Of a stretch of DNA of 64,000 bases, positions 38,538 through 47,374 are shown one piece after another. The position numbers and the translations under genes were made by a program. Position 1 is the stretch's first letter. Every line of letters starts with the position of its first letter. Below the pieces are notes generated by a model. That model did not search any database. It was not told the DNA's origin and worked only from the letters and a program-made list of their open reading frames with translations. Source of the DNA: an uncultured Ohtaekwangia sp. (GTDB taxonomy: Bacteria > Bacteroidota > Bacteroidia > Cytophagales > Cyclobacteriaceae). The stretch spans positions 39,645 to 103,644 of the forward strand of contig CAZZNH010000011.1 in the NCBI GenBank assembly GCA_964655635.1, read 5' to 3'.

Positions 38538-41006
38538 CTATTCGGTCTTGAGCGAATTGACGGGATTTTTTATCGCGGCTTTGATAGACTGGAAACTTAC
38601 GGTGAACCAGGCTACTCCGAATGCCGCCAACCCTGAAATAAGGATCGTCCACACGCTGATCTCGATACGATAGGCAAAGTTTTGTAACCACCAGTTTTCC
38701 ATCACGAGCCATGCCACGGGGATAGCCAACACGAAAGATATGGTTACCATTTGGGTAAAATCTTTTGACAAAAGCACGAGTATTTTCGTTACACTCGCTC
38801 CCAGTACCTTCCTGATTCCGATTTCCTTGGTGCGCAAATTGGCCGTGTAAGCCGAGAGCGCAAACAAGCCGATACAGGCAACAAAAATGGCCAGGCCGGA
38901 AAACGTAGCAAACAGCCTTCCCGTTCGTTGATCCTCCGCATACTTGGCGTTAAGGTCCTGATCCAGGAAAGTGAACTTAAACGCCTGACCTGGCGCCAGC
39001 TCGCGCCACTTGGCTTCAACTTGTTGAATGGCTTCCGGGACCTGACCTGCCTTTACCTTTGCAATCGCATATCCAACTCCTCCTCCAAAGAATTCGTTGC
39101 TCAACAACACCAAAGGTGTGATCTCGTCCCTCAGAGTCTGAAAATTAAAATCTTTAACAATACCGGTAATGGTAAGGTTTCTTGTGACGAGGCCGTCCGG
39201 TGTCTGCTGTGTATTCGTCAATTTACGTCCGATGGGGTTCTCAAGTCCCATTACTTTAACAGCCGATTCATTCAGAATCAACGATAAAGAGTCGTTGGTT
39301 TCCTGAGAAAACCATTTTCCGTCAATGAGTTGAAGTCCGAGCAACTCAGCCATGCCATCACTTAATGCCATAGATTTGGTTGTCAAAATCTCAGATGATC
39401 CTTCCGGCTGAAATTGAATACCACCAAAATCATTCTGTCGGCCGGGCAATGCAAAACTGCCAGATGCGGCAGAAACAGACGGGAGGCGCTTCAATTCTTC
39501 AACAAACGTGCGACCAGATTCGGGTCCAAGGTTGAAGACCCGCTCCACCACCAGCATCTGCTCCTTGTCAAATCCCATGGATTTTTCGCGCATAAATTTC
39601 ATTTGATCCTGAATGACCAGGGTGCCAATCATCAATACGATGGAAATCCAAAATTGGAAAATAACCAGGCCGTTGCGGATCCATTTTCCCTTTTGATGTC
39701 CAGTAAAGTTCCCCTTCAAAACCGTAACCGGATTAAATGACGACAACACAAACGAGGGGTAAACTCCTGCGAGGAATCCCACCAATCCGGCCAACACGAG
39801 CAGACCAATAGCATTGACCAGGTTAAATTCCAATTCAAGGTTCTTGCCCGTGAGCGAATTGAAAAATGGCAACACCAGCGTAACCAACGAAACTGCAATA
39901 AGGACACCGATGCAACTCAGCACGAATGACTCAGTCAGGAATTGCGAGACCAATTGGTTCTTGAACGAGCCCATGGTTTTCCGAACGCCAACTTCCTTGG
40001 CACGCTCTGCGGACCTGGCCGTTGCAAGGTTCATAAAATTGATACAGGCGATGAAAAGAATTAAAACTGCGACCGAGATCATGACATACACTGAAGTGAT
40101 GTTGCCTCCAGGTTTCATCTTACCCTCAAGATTGACGGGATCAAGATTGATGCTGGTAATGGGCTGCAGAAAATACCGGTATCCGTTGCCCTCCTTTTTA
40201 TAGTCAGCCCATGATTTTCCAAGATCTCGTTCAATTTCTGCCGCGGCATACGTATCCACCATGTGCGGAAACTTGGCTTCCAACGCCTTATAATCGGATC
40301 CGGGCGCAAGTTTAAAATAGCAGTGTGCAGTGAATGACGTGAAGTTATTGACTTTCACGAACGGGAAGGTTTGAACAGACACCAGGATATCAAACTTCAT
40401 ATGCGAATTGTCCGGTGTATCCTCGCATACTGCCACCACGTTGAAGTCTCCGAAATTGGTCTTGATCACCTTCCCAATGGGATCGTCCTCACCGAAATAT
40501 TTCAGGGCGGTAGCCTCGGTCATTACCAGGTCATTGGGTTTTTGTAGCGCAGCTTCCGGGTCTCCTTTTAATATCCTGAAGCTAAACATGGAAAAAAAAT
40601 TACTGTCAGCAGCAAAAAGAAAATTTTCATCAAACTCTTTTTTCTCATCCCGCTCATTTTGATAACTCAGGGGTGTATTCGGAAACGGGCCAAACAGGAA
40701 TGTTGCTTTTTCTATTTCAGGGTAATCCCTCACAGCCACGTAGGCAAATGAATGGGGTATGTAGCTATAATAGGTTGAGTGATCGGGGTATTTACGCTCT
40801 AATACCATTTTATGTATCTGATCGGCATTTTCAAAAAACCGATCGTAGGAAAACTCCTTTTGAACGAAAAGAGCGATCAATAAACAACTGGCCACGCCAA
40901 CAGCCAGACCCGCTATGTTAATGAAGGCATATACCTTTTGCCTTAATAAGGCACGGATTGCAATCTTGAGGTTGTTTTTAAACATGGTAAGTGGGGTTGG
41001 ATACAA
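38538..41006 (-). CDS. ABC transporter permease, FtsX/MacB-like with duplicated FtsX domains
   Basis: 822 aa. The N-terminus is NLKIAIRALLRQKVYAFINIAGLAVG. It contains two FtsX 4-TM modules separated by periplasmic domains. No ATPase gene is adjacent. Confidence 0.85.
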   Translation of the reverse strand: MYPTPLTMFKNNLKIAIRALLRQKVYAFINIAGLAVGVASCLLIALFVQKEFSYDRFFENADQIHKMVLERKYPDHSTYYSYIPHSFAYVAVRDYPEIEKATFLFGPFPNTPLSYQNERDEKKEFDENFLFAADSNFFSMFSFRILKGDPEAALQKPNDLVMTEATALKYFGEDDPIGKVIKTNFGDFNVVAVCEDTPDNSHMKFDILVSVQTFPFVKVNNFTSFTAHCYFKLAPGSDYKALEAKFPHMVDTYAAAEIERDLGKSWADYKKEGNGYRYFLQPITSINLDPVNLEGKMKPGGNITSVYVMISVAVLILFIACINFMNLATARSAERAKEVGVRKTMGSFKNQLVSQFLTESFVLSCIGVLIAVSLVTLVLPFFNSLTGKNLELEFNLVNAIGLLVLAGLVGFLAGVYPSFVLSSFNPVTVLKGNFTGHQKGKWIRNGLVIFQFWISIVLMIGTLVIQDQMKFMREKSMGFDKEQMLVVERVFNLGPESGRTFVEELKRLPSVSAASGSFALPGRQNDFGGIQFQPEGSSEILTTKSMALSDGMAELLGLQLIDGKWFSQETNDSLSLILNESAVKVMGLENPIGRKLTNTQQTPDGLVTRNLTITGIVKDFNFQTLRDEITPLVLLSNEFFGGGVGYAIAKVKAGQVPEAIQQVEAKWRELAPGQAFKFTFLDQDLNAKYAEDQRTGRLFATFSGLAIFVACIGLFALSAYTANLRTKEIGIRKVLGASVTKILVLLSKDFTQMVTISFVLAIPVAWLVMENWWLQNFAYRIEISVWTILISGLAAFGVAWFTVSFQSIKAAIKNPVNSLKTE

Positions 41007-41119
41007 CTGCCCTATCCAATAAATCTGCCAGTTAATTTAAAGCAATTTGGTGGGTAAATTGGCCAATCAATTGGACCGGGTATCCGATAACGGATAAAAT
41101 TGTGCGTTCCCGGTCATGA

Positions 41120-42364
41120 TTATCCAAAGCGTCCCGGCTCAAACGGAGACAGGTTAACTGAAACCGGGTCCTCATTAATCAAGTCGGCCACAAGTTTGCC
41201 GGTGCCCGGGGCCAGGCTCAATCCCAACATGGCATGCCCAGTCGAGATAACCAAATTATTAATTTGTTCGCTTCTTCCGACATAGGGCAGCCCATCAGGT
41301 GAACAGGGACGCAGGCCATGCCATATTTTTTCTTTTGCCGGCATCTCAACTTTCATATCAGGATAGTAGTTTGGAATGGAGTTAACAATACCCTTCACAC
41401 GATTCATACTGATTTTGTGGTTTACTCCTGTGATCTCCATAGTGCCTCCAAAACGAAGCGAGCTACCCATGGGAGTAACTGCAACCCTGGCCTCCAGAAA
41501 TATAGTTGGAATACGAACATTCTTTTGCACTCCATTGATAGTGAAACTATACCCCTTTCCCGCCTGCATCGGTAATGTCAGATTTAGTCTTTTGGCAACA
41601 CTTCCGGACCATGCACCGGTTGCAAGAACCATTTTATCAAATGAAAATTGGCCAAGGTTCGTGGTCAGTGACTGAATCTTCTTATTTTGAATGGTGAAAT
41701 CAAAAACTTCACAATCGGTTTTAAACTCAACACCTGCATCCTTAAGGAATTCAATTAGTCCTTTCACCAGTTGTTGCGGTGTAAGGTGCGCATCCGCTGG
41801 AAAGTAAACGCCTCCTCTTGCTTGTACCCTTAGGTCAGGCTCAAGATTCTGTATTTGGAGTAAGCTTAACACCCGTGCTTCGATTCCATTTTCATTGGCC
41901 AAATGCGCTGTTTCTATCTCCTCTTTTTCGGTCTCTGCGGTTTGATACAACATCATCAACCCTCTTTCATGATAACCAAAATCAAAGGGAAGATCCTGTA
42001 CGAGTTGCCGATACATCAACTTACTGAAAAGGCTAAGTTCCTTTAACGCCCTGATACCTTTGTCAACGTTTTCATTCGAGGCGCTCTTATAAAAAAGGTA
42101 GCCCCACCTAAGCAAATCTGGGTTCAAACTTGGCTTTACATAAAACGGACTCGATGAATTGAACATCCATCGGATGCCCTTTGAAATCATCCCCGGTGCA
42201 GCCAATGGAATAAAATGGCTGGGCACGATCATTCCTGCATTGCCAAAAGAACAACCGTCACTTAAATCGCCTTTATCTAAAATGGTCACTTGATGCCCTG
42301 CTTTAGAAAGATAATAGGCTGAGGATAGCCCGATTATTCCGCCACCGATGATTCCAACTCTCAT
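41120..42364 (-). CDS. FAD-dependent oxidoreductase, D-amino-acid dehydrogenase family; by context cis-4-hydroxy-D-proline dehydrogenase
   Basis: 414 aa with the FAD fold MRVGIIGGGIIGLSSAYYL. It lies directly downstream of the hydroxyproline epimerase gene. Confidence 0.75.
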   Translation of the reverse strand: MRVGIIGGGIIGLSSAYYLSKAGHQVTILDKGDLSDGCSFGNAGMIVPSHFIPLAAPGMISKGIRWMFNSSSPFYVKPSLNPDLLRWGYLFYKSASNENVDKGIRALKELSLFSKLMYRQLVQDLPFDFGYHERGLMMLYQTAETEKEEIETAHLANENGIEARVLSLLQIQNLEPDLRVQARGGVYFPADAHLTPQQLVKGLIEFLKDAGVEFKTDCEVFDFTIQNKKIQSLTTNLGQFSFDKMVLATGAWSGSVAKRLNLTLPMQAGKGYSFTINGVQKNVRIPTIFLEARVAVTPMGSSLRFGGTMEITGVNHKISMNRVKGIVNSIPNYYPDMKVEMPAKEKIWHGLRPCSPDGLPYVGRSEQINNLVISTGHAMLGLSLAPGTGKLVADLINEDPVSVNLSPFEPGRFG

Positions 42365-42365
42365 A

Positions 42366-43364
42366 TTAGATTACTTGGAAACCATGTGCATAAGGATCAT
42401 CATCGTCTATGGTAATTGTATTGTGTCCCGTAACCATTGCCCAACCTTCAATGCTGGGTATAATGGCTGGCTTGCCATTCAATTCAGCTACCTCTTCTAT
42501 TCTCCCGATAAACTTTGAACCGATAATGCTCTCGTGAATGAATGGCTCACCCTGCTTTAATTTTCCTTTGGCATGCCATTGTGCCAACCGGGCTGATGTG
42601 CCTGTTCCACATGGTGAACGATCAATTGCCTTCTCACCATACAACACCGCGTTACGAGCTGTTGAGCTTGGATCAAGTGGCTTGCCTGTCCACAGAATAT
42701 GGCTGCATCCACGGATGGTTGAATTTTCAGGGTGTTCAAATTTATATTTTGAATTAATATCATCGCGCAGTTCGCGCCCCCAACCGATCAATTGATCTGC
42801 GGTATGGTGTTCAAGTCCTTTGAAATTTTCCTGTACGTCCACGATGGCATAAAAATTTCCTCCGTATGAAACATCAATAGTAAGTTCACCGAGTCCCGAA
42901 CATGACGCCCTGATATTTTCAGCTGCCAGATACGCCTTTACGTTTTTGAGTTTTACACTTTTCAACTTTTTTCCTTCTTGCTTATACTCAATGAGAACAA
43001 GCCCGGCTGGTGTTTCTAATCTTAGCTTACCGGGTTCTTTAGGAACTACAAGGCCATGCTCAATGGCGATTGTAACGGTACCTATCGTGCCGTGACCACA
43101 CATCGGCAGACAACCACTTGTCTCGATGAATAAAACTCCAATATCATTTTGCGGATCGGACGGTGGATAAAGAATACTGCCGCTCATCATGTCATGACCT
43201 CGCGGCTCGAACATCAACCCTTTACGAATCCAATCGAACTCGCGAAGAAAGTGCTGGCGCTTCTCGCTCATGTTTGCTCCCTGCAATATGGGGCCTCCAC
43301 CCGCCACCAACCGTACCGGGTTGCCACAGGTATGCGCATCAATGCAAAAAAATGTCTTTGTCAT
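42366..43364 (-). CDS. 4-hydroxyproline 2-epimerase (proline racemase family)
   Basis: 332 aa. Both catalytic Cys contexts are present (PMCGHGTIG and DRSPCGTGTSA). This argues for an epimerase or racemase rather than a dehydratase. Confidence 0.85.
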   Translation of the reverse strand: MTKTFFCIDAHTCGNPVRLVAGGGPILQGANMSEKRQHFLREFDWIRKGLMFEPRGHDMMSGSILYPPSDPQNDIGVLFIETSGCLPMCGHGTIGTVTIAIEHGLVVPKEPGKLRLETPAGLVLIEYKQEGKKLKSVKLKNVKAYLAAENIRASCSGLGELTIDVSYGGNFYAIVDVQENFKGLEHHTADQLIGWGRELRDDINSKYKFEHPENSTIRGCSHILWTGKPLDPSSTARNAVLYGEKAIDRSPCGTGTSARLAQWHAKGKLKQGEPFIHESIIGSKFIGRIEEVAELNGKPAIIPSIEGWAMVTGHNTITIDDDDPYAHGFQVI

Positions 43365-43377
43365 TCAAATATTAATT

Positions 43378-43848
43378 AACCGCGAAGGCGCCAAGGCGCA
43401 GGGCTCAACATTTTAAAATTTATTTACAAATCTCTTGAACCCATCTTTCAATAAAGGGACATTAAAGTTGATTAGAAAACCGAGTCTCCTATCTGCCAGT
43501 TTTAAGTAACTTATGATTTGCGCCTCGTGTACCAGAAGTGCCACTTCAACAGCCTTGAGCCCTAATATAATCTCATCTTCAACGAGAATATCGATGATGT
43601 AAACCTTATTTAAAGTTTGACCTCGGTAAACCAAGGGAATAGGAACCATGATGGAAGTTTGTACACCTCGCATTGTCAACTCCTTAACCAGGCATTGCTG
43701 ATATATTGACTCAAGCAAGCCCGGTCCCATTTCTTTATGGACAGCAATTGAGGCAGTGAGTATTTCTCCTGAAATTAGATTTAGTTGCGCCTGTGAATGA
43801 GCTTCCATTATTTTTGAATTTTCTCCGCGGCCTTGCGTCTCTGCGGTA
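43378..43848 (-). mobile_element. Possible insertion cassette: GxxExxY ORF bracketed by GC-rich imperfect inverted repeats
   Basis: The left flank is AACCGCGAAGGCGCCAAGGCGCAGGGCTC (43378-43406). The reverse complement of the right flank is TACCGCAGAGACGCAAGGCCGCGGAGAA (43821-43848). By eye they align at about 20 positions with several indels. The unit exactly fills the gap between the aldehyde dehydrogenase stop (43853) and the epimerase start (43364). Confidence 0.35.
43413..43808 (-). CDS. GxxExxY protein (PD-(D/E)XK nuclease superfamily)
   Basis: 131 aa from the internal ATG at 43808. It has the motif GPGLLESIYQQCL (G-x-x-E-x-x-Y) and the downstream D/E-x-K-like region IIDILVEDEIILGLKAV. 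The track start 43865 overlaps the upstream gene and covers the flank repeat. Confidence 0.8.
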   Translation of the reverse strand: MEAHSQAQLNLISGEILTASIAVHKEMGPGLLESIYQQCLVKELTMRGVQTSIMVPIPLVYRGQTLNKVYIIDILVEDEIILGLKAVEVALLVHEAQIISYLKLADRRLGFLINFNVPLLKDGFKRFVNKF

Positions 43849-43852
43849 AAAA

Positions 43853-45340
43853 TCATTTCTTCCACTCTCCATTATAAATCCTCCAAATATTCAGCGGATT
43901 AGACTCTTTCAACTCATCCGGCAAAAGTGCATCTGGAAAATTCTGAAAAGCAACGGGCCTTGCAAAGCGTTTGATGGCATCCGTTCCTACTGCCGTGAAC
44001 CGTGAATCTGTAGTGGCTGGATAAGGGCCACCATGGTTTTGGGCAGGGCAAACTTCCACGCCAGTCGGTACGCCATTGATAATCAACCTTCCAGCCTTTT
44101 CCACCAGCATGTTGGTCAGGTTGGTATGTTTCGCAATTTCACTTTCTTCACCAATGATACTGGACGTGAGCTGGCCATGCATATGGTTCATCACCGAATT
44201 CAACTCGCTCATATCTTTACACCGGATGATCAAGGTAAAAGGACCGAATACTTCTTCTGCCAGCGTTGGATTTTTCAGGAATTCAGCCGCACTTACGGAT
44301 GCCACTGTTGGTCGTCCCTGGTTCTTGTCTCCAACTTTGGATTCGGCTTCCGCCTGCACCTCCAGTTTCACGCCCTTTTGCGCAAGTGATTCTGCCATCC
44401 TCTTAACATAGTTAGCTGCAATCCCAGGATGCAACATTTCAGCAGGCAATGACGCCTTTATCTTTGTTGACAACTGAGCGATGAACTTTTCCAGCCCCTC
44501 ACCCTCAACAACCAGAACAAGCCCCGGATTGGTGCAAAACTGGCCCACGCCAAGTGTGATTGAACCAGCTAAGAGTGTGGCAGTCTTTTCATAATCTTTC
44601 TTTAAAGATTCCGGCAATAAAACCACAGGATTGATGCTGCTCATTTCGGCAAACACCGGGATAGGCCTATCTCTTTTATTAGCCAAATCAAAAAGTGCTT
44701 TTCCTCCCACGAGCGATCCGGTGAATCCAACCGCCTTTGTATGAGGATGTTTTACCAGGGCCTGCCCCACTTCAAAACTTGCGCCATGCAAATGTTGAAA
44801 TACGCCTTTCGGCATGCCTGTTTTTGACATGGCCTTTTTGATGGCACCAGCCACCAGTTCTGATGTTTTTGCATGCGCGGGATGCGCCTTCACGATGACT
44901 GGACATCCGGCCGCAAGTGCGGAGGCCGTATCTCCACCGGCTGTTGAATAGGCCAATGGAAAATTGGCTGCCCCAAAAACTACAACGGGCCCAAGAGCAA
45001 CCAATTTCTTTCTGATATCAGGTTTTGGTGCCGGAGCACGATCAGGAATGGCTGTATCAACACGTGCCTCTACCCATGAACCCTCCTCAATGTAGTCCGC
45101 AAACATCCTGCAGTGACCTGTAGTTCGTCCACGCTCTCCGATTATCCGTGCTTCAGGAAGAGCCGTTTCGCCCATGGCTGTCTTCACCAGTTCATCACCC
45201 AGTGCTTCAATTTCATCAGCGATCGAACGGAGAAATTCCGCGCGCTTCTTTCCGCTAAAATTTTTAAACGAGAGAAAAGCAATGTGTGCTTCCTGAACGG
45301 CTGCATCAACTTCGGCAAGGGTGGCATCTTTGAATGACAT
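43853..45340 (-). CDS. Aldehyde dehydrogenase (NADP+); by context alpha-ketoglutarate semialdehyde dehydrogenase
   Basis: 495 aa. It has the catalytic Cys in GVGQFCTNPG, the Glu in FAEMSSINPV and the motif GFTGS. Confidence 0.85.
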   Translation of the reverse strand: MSFKDATLAEVDAAVQEAHIAFLSFKNFSGKKRAEFLRSIADEIEALGDELVKTAMGETALPEARIIGERGRTTGHCRMFADYIEEGSWVEARVDTAIPDRAPAPKPDIRKKLVALGPVVVFGAANFPLAYSTAGGDTASALAAGCPVIVKAHPAHAKTSELVAGAIKKAMSKTGMPKGVFQHLHGASFEVGQALVKHPHTKAVGFTGSLVGGKALFDLANKRDRPIPVFAEMSSINPVVLLPESLKKDYEKTATLLAGSITLGVGQFCTNPGLVLVVEGEGLEKFIAQLSTKIKASLPAEMLHPGIAANYVKRMAESLAQKGVKLEVQAEAESKVGDKNQGRPTVASVSAAEFLKNPTLAEEVFGPFTLIIRCKDMSELNSVMNHMHGQLTSSIIGEESEIAKHTNLTNMLVEKAGRLIINGVPTGVEVCPAQNHGGPYPATTDSRFTAVGTDAIKRFARPVAFQNFPDALLPDELKESNPLNIWRIYNGEWKK

Positions 45341-45476
45341 GATATGAAGGGCTTAAATGAGAAATGAAATAATGATGCAAATTAAGACTATCGAAATCAA
45401 TAACTAAGTTGACAGTTGCAAAAATTATATGAGTCATCAGACCACTGATGACTTTAGTAAACAGTGGTCTGACGAC

Positions 45477-46373
45477 TTATAGTGAGGGTCTGCTTTTAAT
45501 TCCGTCACGAATAATTTTCAGGATTCTTTCACGTTCCTCGCCAATTAATGGCAACCGTGGAGGACGTACGTGCTCTGATCCTATTCCCGCCTCCGCTTCA
45601 GCTAATTTTATATACTGTACCAGCTTTGGATGGATATCTAATTCCAACAAAGGCAAAAACCAACGATAAATTTTTAACGCCTCATCCAGCTTTCTGGCTT
45701 TCACCAATTTATAAACAGCAACGGTTTCCCGCGGGAAAGCACAAACAAGACCGGCTACCCAACCATGTGCACCCATCACCAACTCCTCCATCGCAAGTGT
45801 GTCCACACCGCATAAAATTTTAAAACGATCTCCAAACTTATTAATCATACGGGTGACATTGGAAACATCACGGGTTGACTCTTTCAATGCCTGGATGTTG
45901 GCATTGCTCACCAGCTCAGCAAACATCTCCAGCGTCACTTCAATTTTGTAGTCAACGGGGTTGTTATAGATCATGATCGGCAGTGATGATGACTCGGCAA
46001 CCGCCTTAAAAAATGCTACGGTCTCGCGATGGTCAGACTTGTAGCGCATGGGTGGCAGCATCATTAAACCTTTCGCTCCGCATTTTTCAGCCTCTTTCGC
46101 CAACTTAACTGCTTCAGCTGTACTTCCCTCTGCGATATTCATCACAACCGGTACTTTGCCGCCTGCTTTCTCAACCGTAAACTTTACAAGGTCAAATTTT
46201 TCCTGATTGCTCAGTACGCTTGACTCGCCCAACGTTCCTCCAAGAATGACCCCGTCCACACCGGCATCTAACTGAGCCTTAAGGTTCTTTTCAAAAAGAT
46301 TAAAATCAAGGTTGTTGTCAGAAGAAAATTTAGTTGTCAGTGCAGGAAAAACGCCTTGCCATTGAATGTTCAT
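45477..46373 (-). CDS. Dihydrodipicolinate synthase family protein; by context 1-pyrroline-4-hydroxy-2-carboxylate deaminase
   Basis: About 298 aa from the ATG at 46373 (MNIQWQGVFPALTTKF). It has GGTLGES, the Schiff-base Lys context IQALKEST and YNNP. Confidence 0.8.
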   Translation of the reverse strand: MNIQWQGVFPALTTKFSSDNNLDFNLFEKNLKAQLDAGVDGVILGGTLGESSVLSNQEKFDLVKFTVEKAGGKVPVVMNIAEGSTAEAVKLAKEAEKCGAKGLMMLPPMRYKSDHRETVAFFKAVAESSSLPIMIYNNPVDYKIEVTLEMFAELVSNANIQALKESTRDVSNVTRMINKFGDRFKILCGVDTLAMEELVMGAHGWVAGLVCAFPRETVAVYKLVKARKLDEALKIYRWFLPLLELDIHPKLVQYIKLAEAEAGIGSEHVRPPRLPLIGEERERILKIIRDGIKSRPSL

Positions 46374-46445
46374 ATGTGGTATTATTTGAATTTGAAAGTT
46401 CAAAGTTAGACACTCCATTCAACCCGATGGATTAATAAAATAGTC

Positions 46446-46494
46446 ATTATTAATACTATTTTGACCATTATTAGACATTTTGTCGCTATTTTGA
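46446..46494. promoter_or_regulatory. Candidate AraC-type operator/promoter elements in the divergent hyp control region
   Basis: ATTATTA is directly repeated at 46446-46452 and 46467-46473, a 21-bp spacing. CTATTTTGA is directly repeated at 46456-46464 and 46486-46494, the second copy ~17 nt upstream of the araC-family ATG. Confidence 0.3.
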
Positions 46495-46510
46495 ATCAAT
46501 ATAAGTCTAC

Positions 46511-47368
46511 ATGAAGGTAATCCCCTTTCAAGTACCACAAACCAAAAAAGAGGCTTTCAGGGTGCAGGTGGACCGCCTGCCACACTTCTACGACAAGTTG
46601 CATCAGCATCATGAGGTCCAGATCATGCTGATTGAAAAAGGAGAAGGAACGCTGATTGCCGGTGATTACGTGGGGCGGTTCAAACCCGGGGAGATTTACA
46701 TCATAGGAAGCAAGCAGGCCCATGTATTCCGCAGCGATGATCAGCAAATGACACCTTCCCATGAGACTCGCGCAGCTTCCCTCTCCATCATGTTCGATGA
46801 AAAATACCTTGGCGAGCATTTTTGGCAATTGGATGAAATGGAGCCGGCACGTCAACTTTTGCAAAAGGCCGAGAGAGGGATGAAAATCAGGGGCAAGGCG
46901 CTCGAACAAATATGTAACCTGATGTTGTCCGTGGCGAACCAAGCTGACATTGACCGAATGATCACATTTTTTACCATCATTAAAGTTCTTTCGGATACGA
47001 ACGATTACGATCTCCTAAGTGTATCCACGCCCCAGGAGTCGAACGGGCACGGAGAGGGTAAACGCATGAACGACATTTTACAGCTCACGTTCGGGGAGAG
47101 CCATCGCAAGATTTATATTGATGAAGTGGCCAAAGTGGCCAATCTTTCCACGGAAGCATTTTGCCGGTACTTTAAGATGCGAACGGGTAAAACCTACACC
47201 AATTTTTTAAATGAAGTCCGTGTGAGCAACGCCTGTAAACTACTGATAAATAAGGACCTCAGTGTTCAGGACGTTTGTTACGAATCCGGTTTCAGTAATT
47301 TGTCAAACTTCAACCGGATTTTTAAAAAGGTGACGGGAAAAACACCTTCGCGGTATTTGCAATCGTAG
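46511..47368 (+). CDS. AraC family transcriptional regulator with N-terminal cupin-like sensor domain
   Basis: 285 aa. The C-terminal double HTH includes VANLSTEAFCRYFKMRTGKTYTNFLNEVRVSNACKLL and GFSNLSNFNRIFKK. It is divergent from the hydroxyproline operon. Confidence 0.9.
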   Translation: MKVIPFQVPQTKKEAFRVQVDRLPHFYDKLHQHHEVQIMLIEKGEGTLIAGDYVGRFKPGEIYIIGSKQAHVFRSDDQQMTPSHETRAASLSIMFDEKYLGEHFWQLDEMEPARQLLQKAERGMKIRGKALEQICNLMLSVANQADIDRMITFFTIIKVLSDTNDYDLLSVSTPQESNGHGEGKRMNDILQLTFGESHRKIYIDEVAKVANLSTEAFCRYFKMRTGKTYTNFLNEVRVSNACKLLINKDLSVQDVCYESGFSNLSNFNRIFKKVTGKTPSRYLQS

Positions 47369-47374
47369 GTAATA

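Noticed and set aside
41081-41096. Hairpin TATCCG-ataa-CGGATA and nearby palindromes (TTGGCCAA, CAATTG) between the hyp operon end and the ABC permease start
   Set aside because: The stems are short and no T-tract follows in the transcribed orientation. They could be chance palindromes in a 113-nt spacer.
43809-43865. Long start (43865) for the GxxExxY ORF giving an extra MEEMIFTAETQGRGENSKI
   Set aside because: It overlaps the aldehyde dehydrogenase 3' end and translates the GC-rich flank repeat. GxxExxY proteins are typically ~125-135 aa, which fits the start at 43808.
46496-46942. 148-aa ORF antisense to the AraC-family gene
   Set aside because: It sits fully within the cupin domain coding region of a well-supported gene and has no supporting features.
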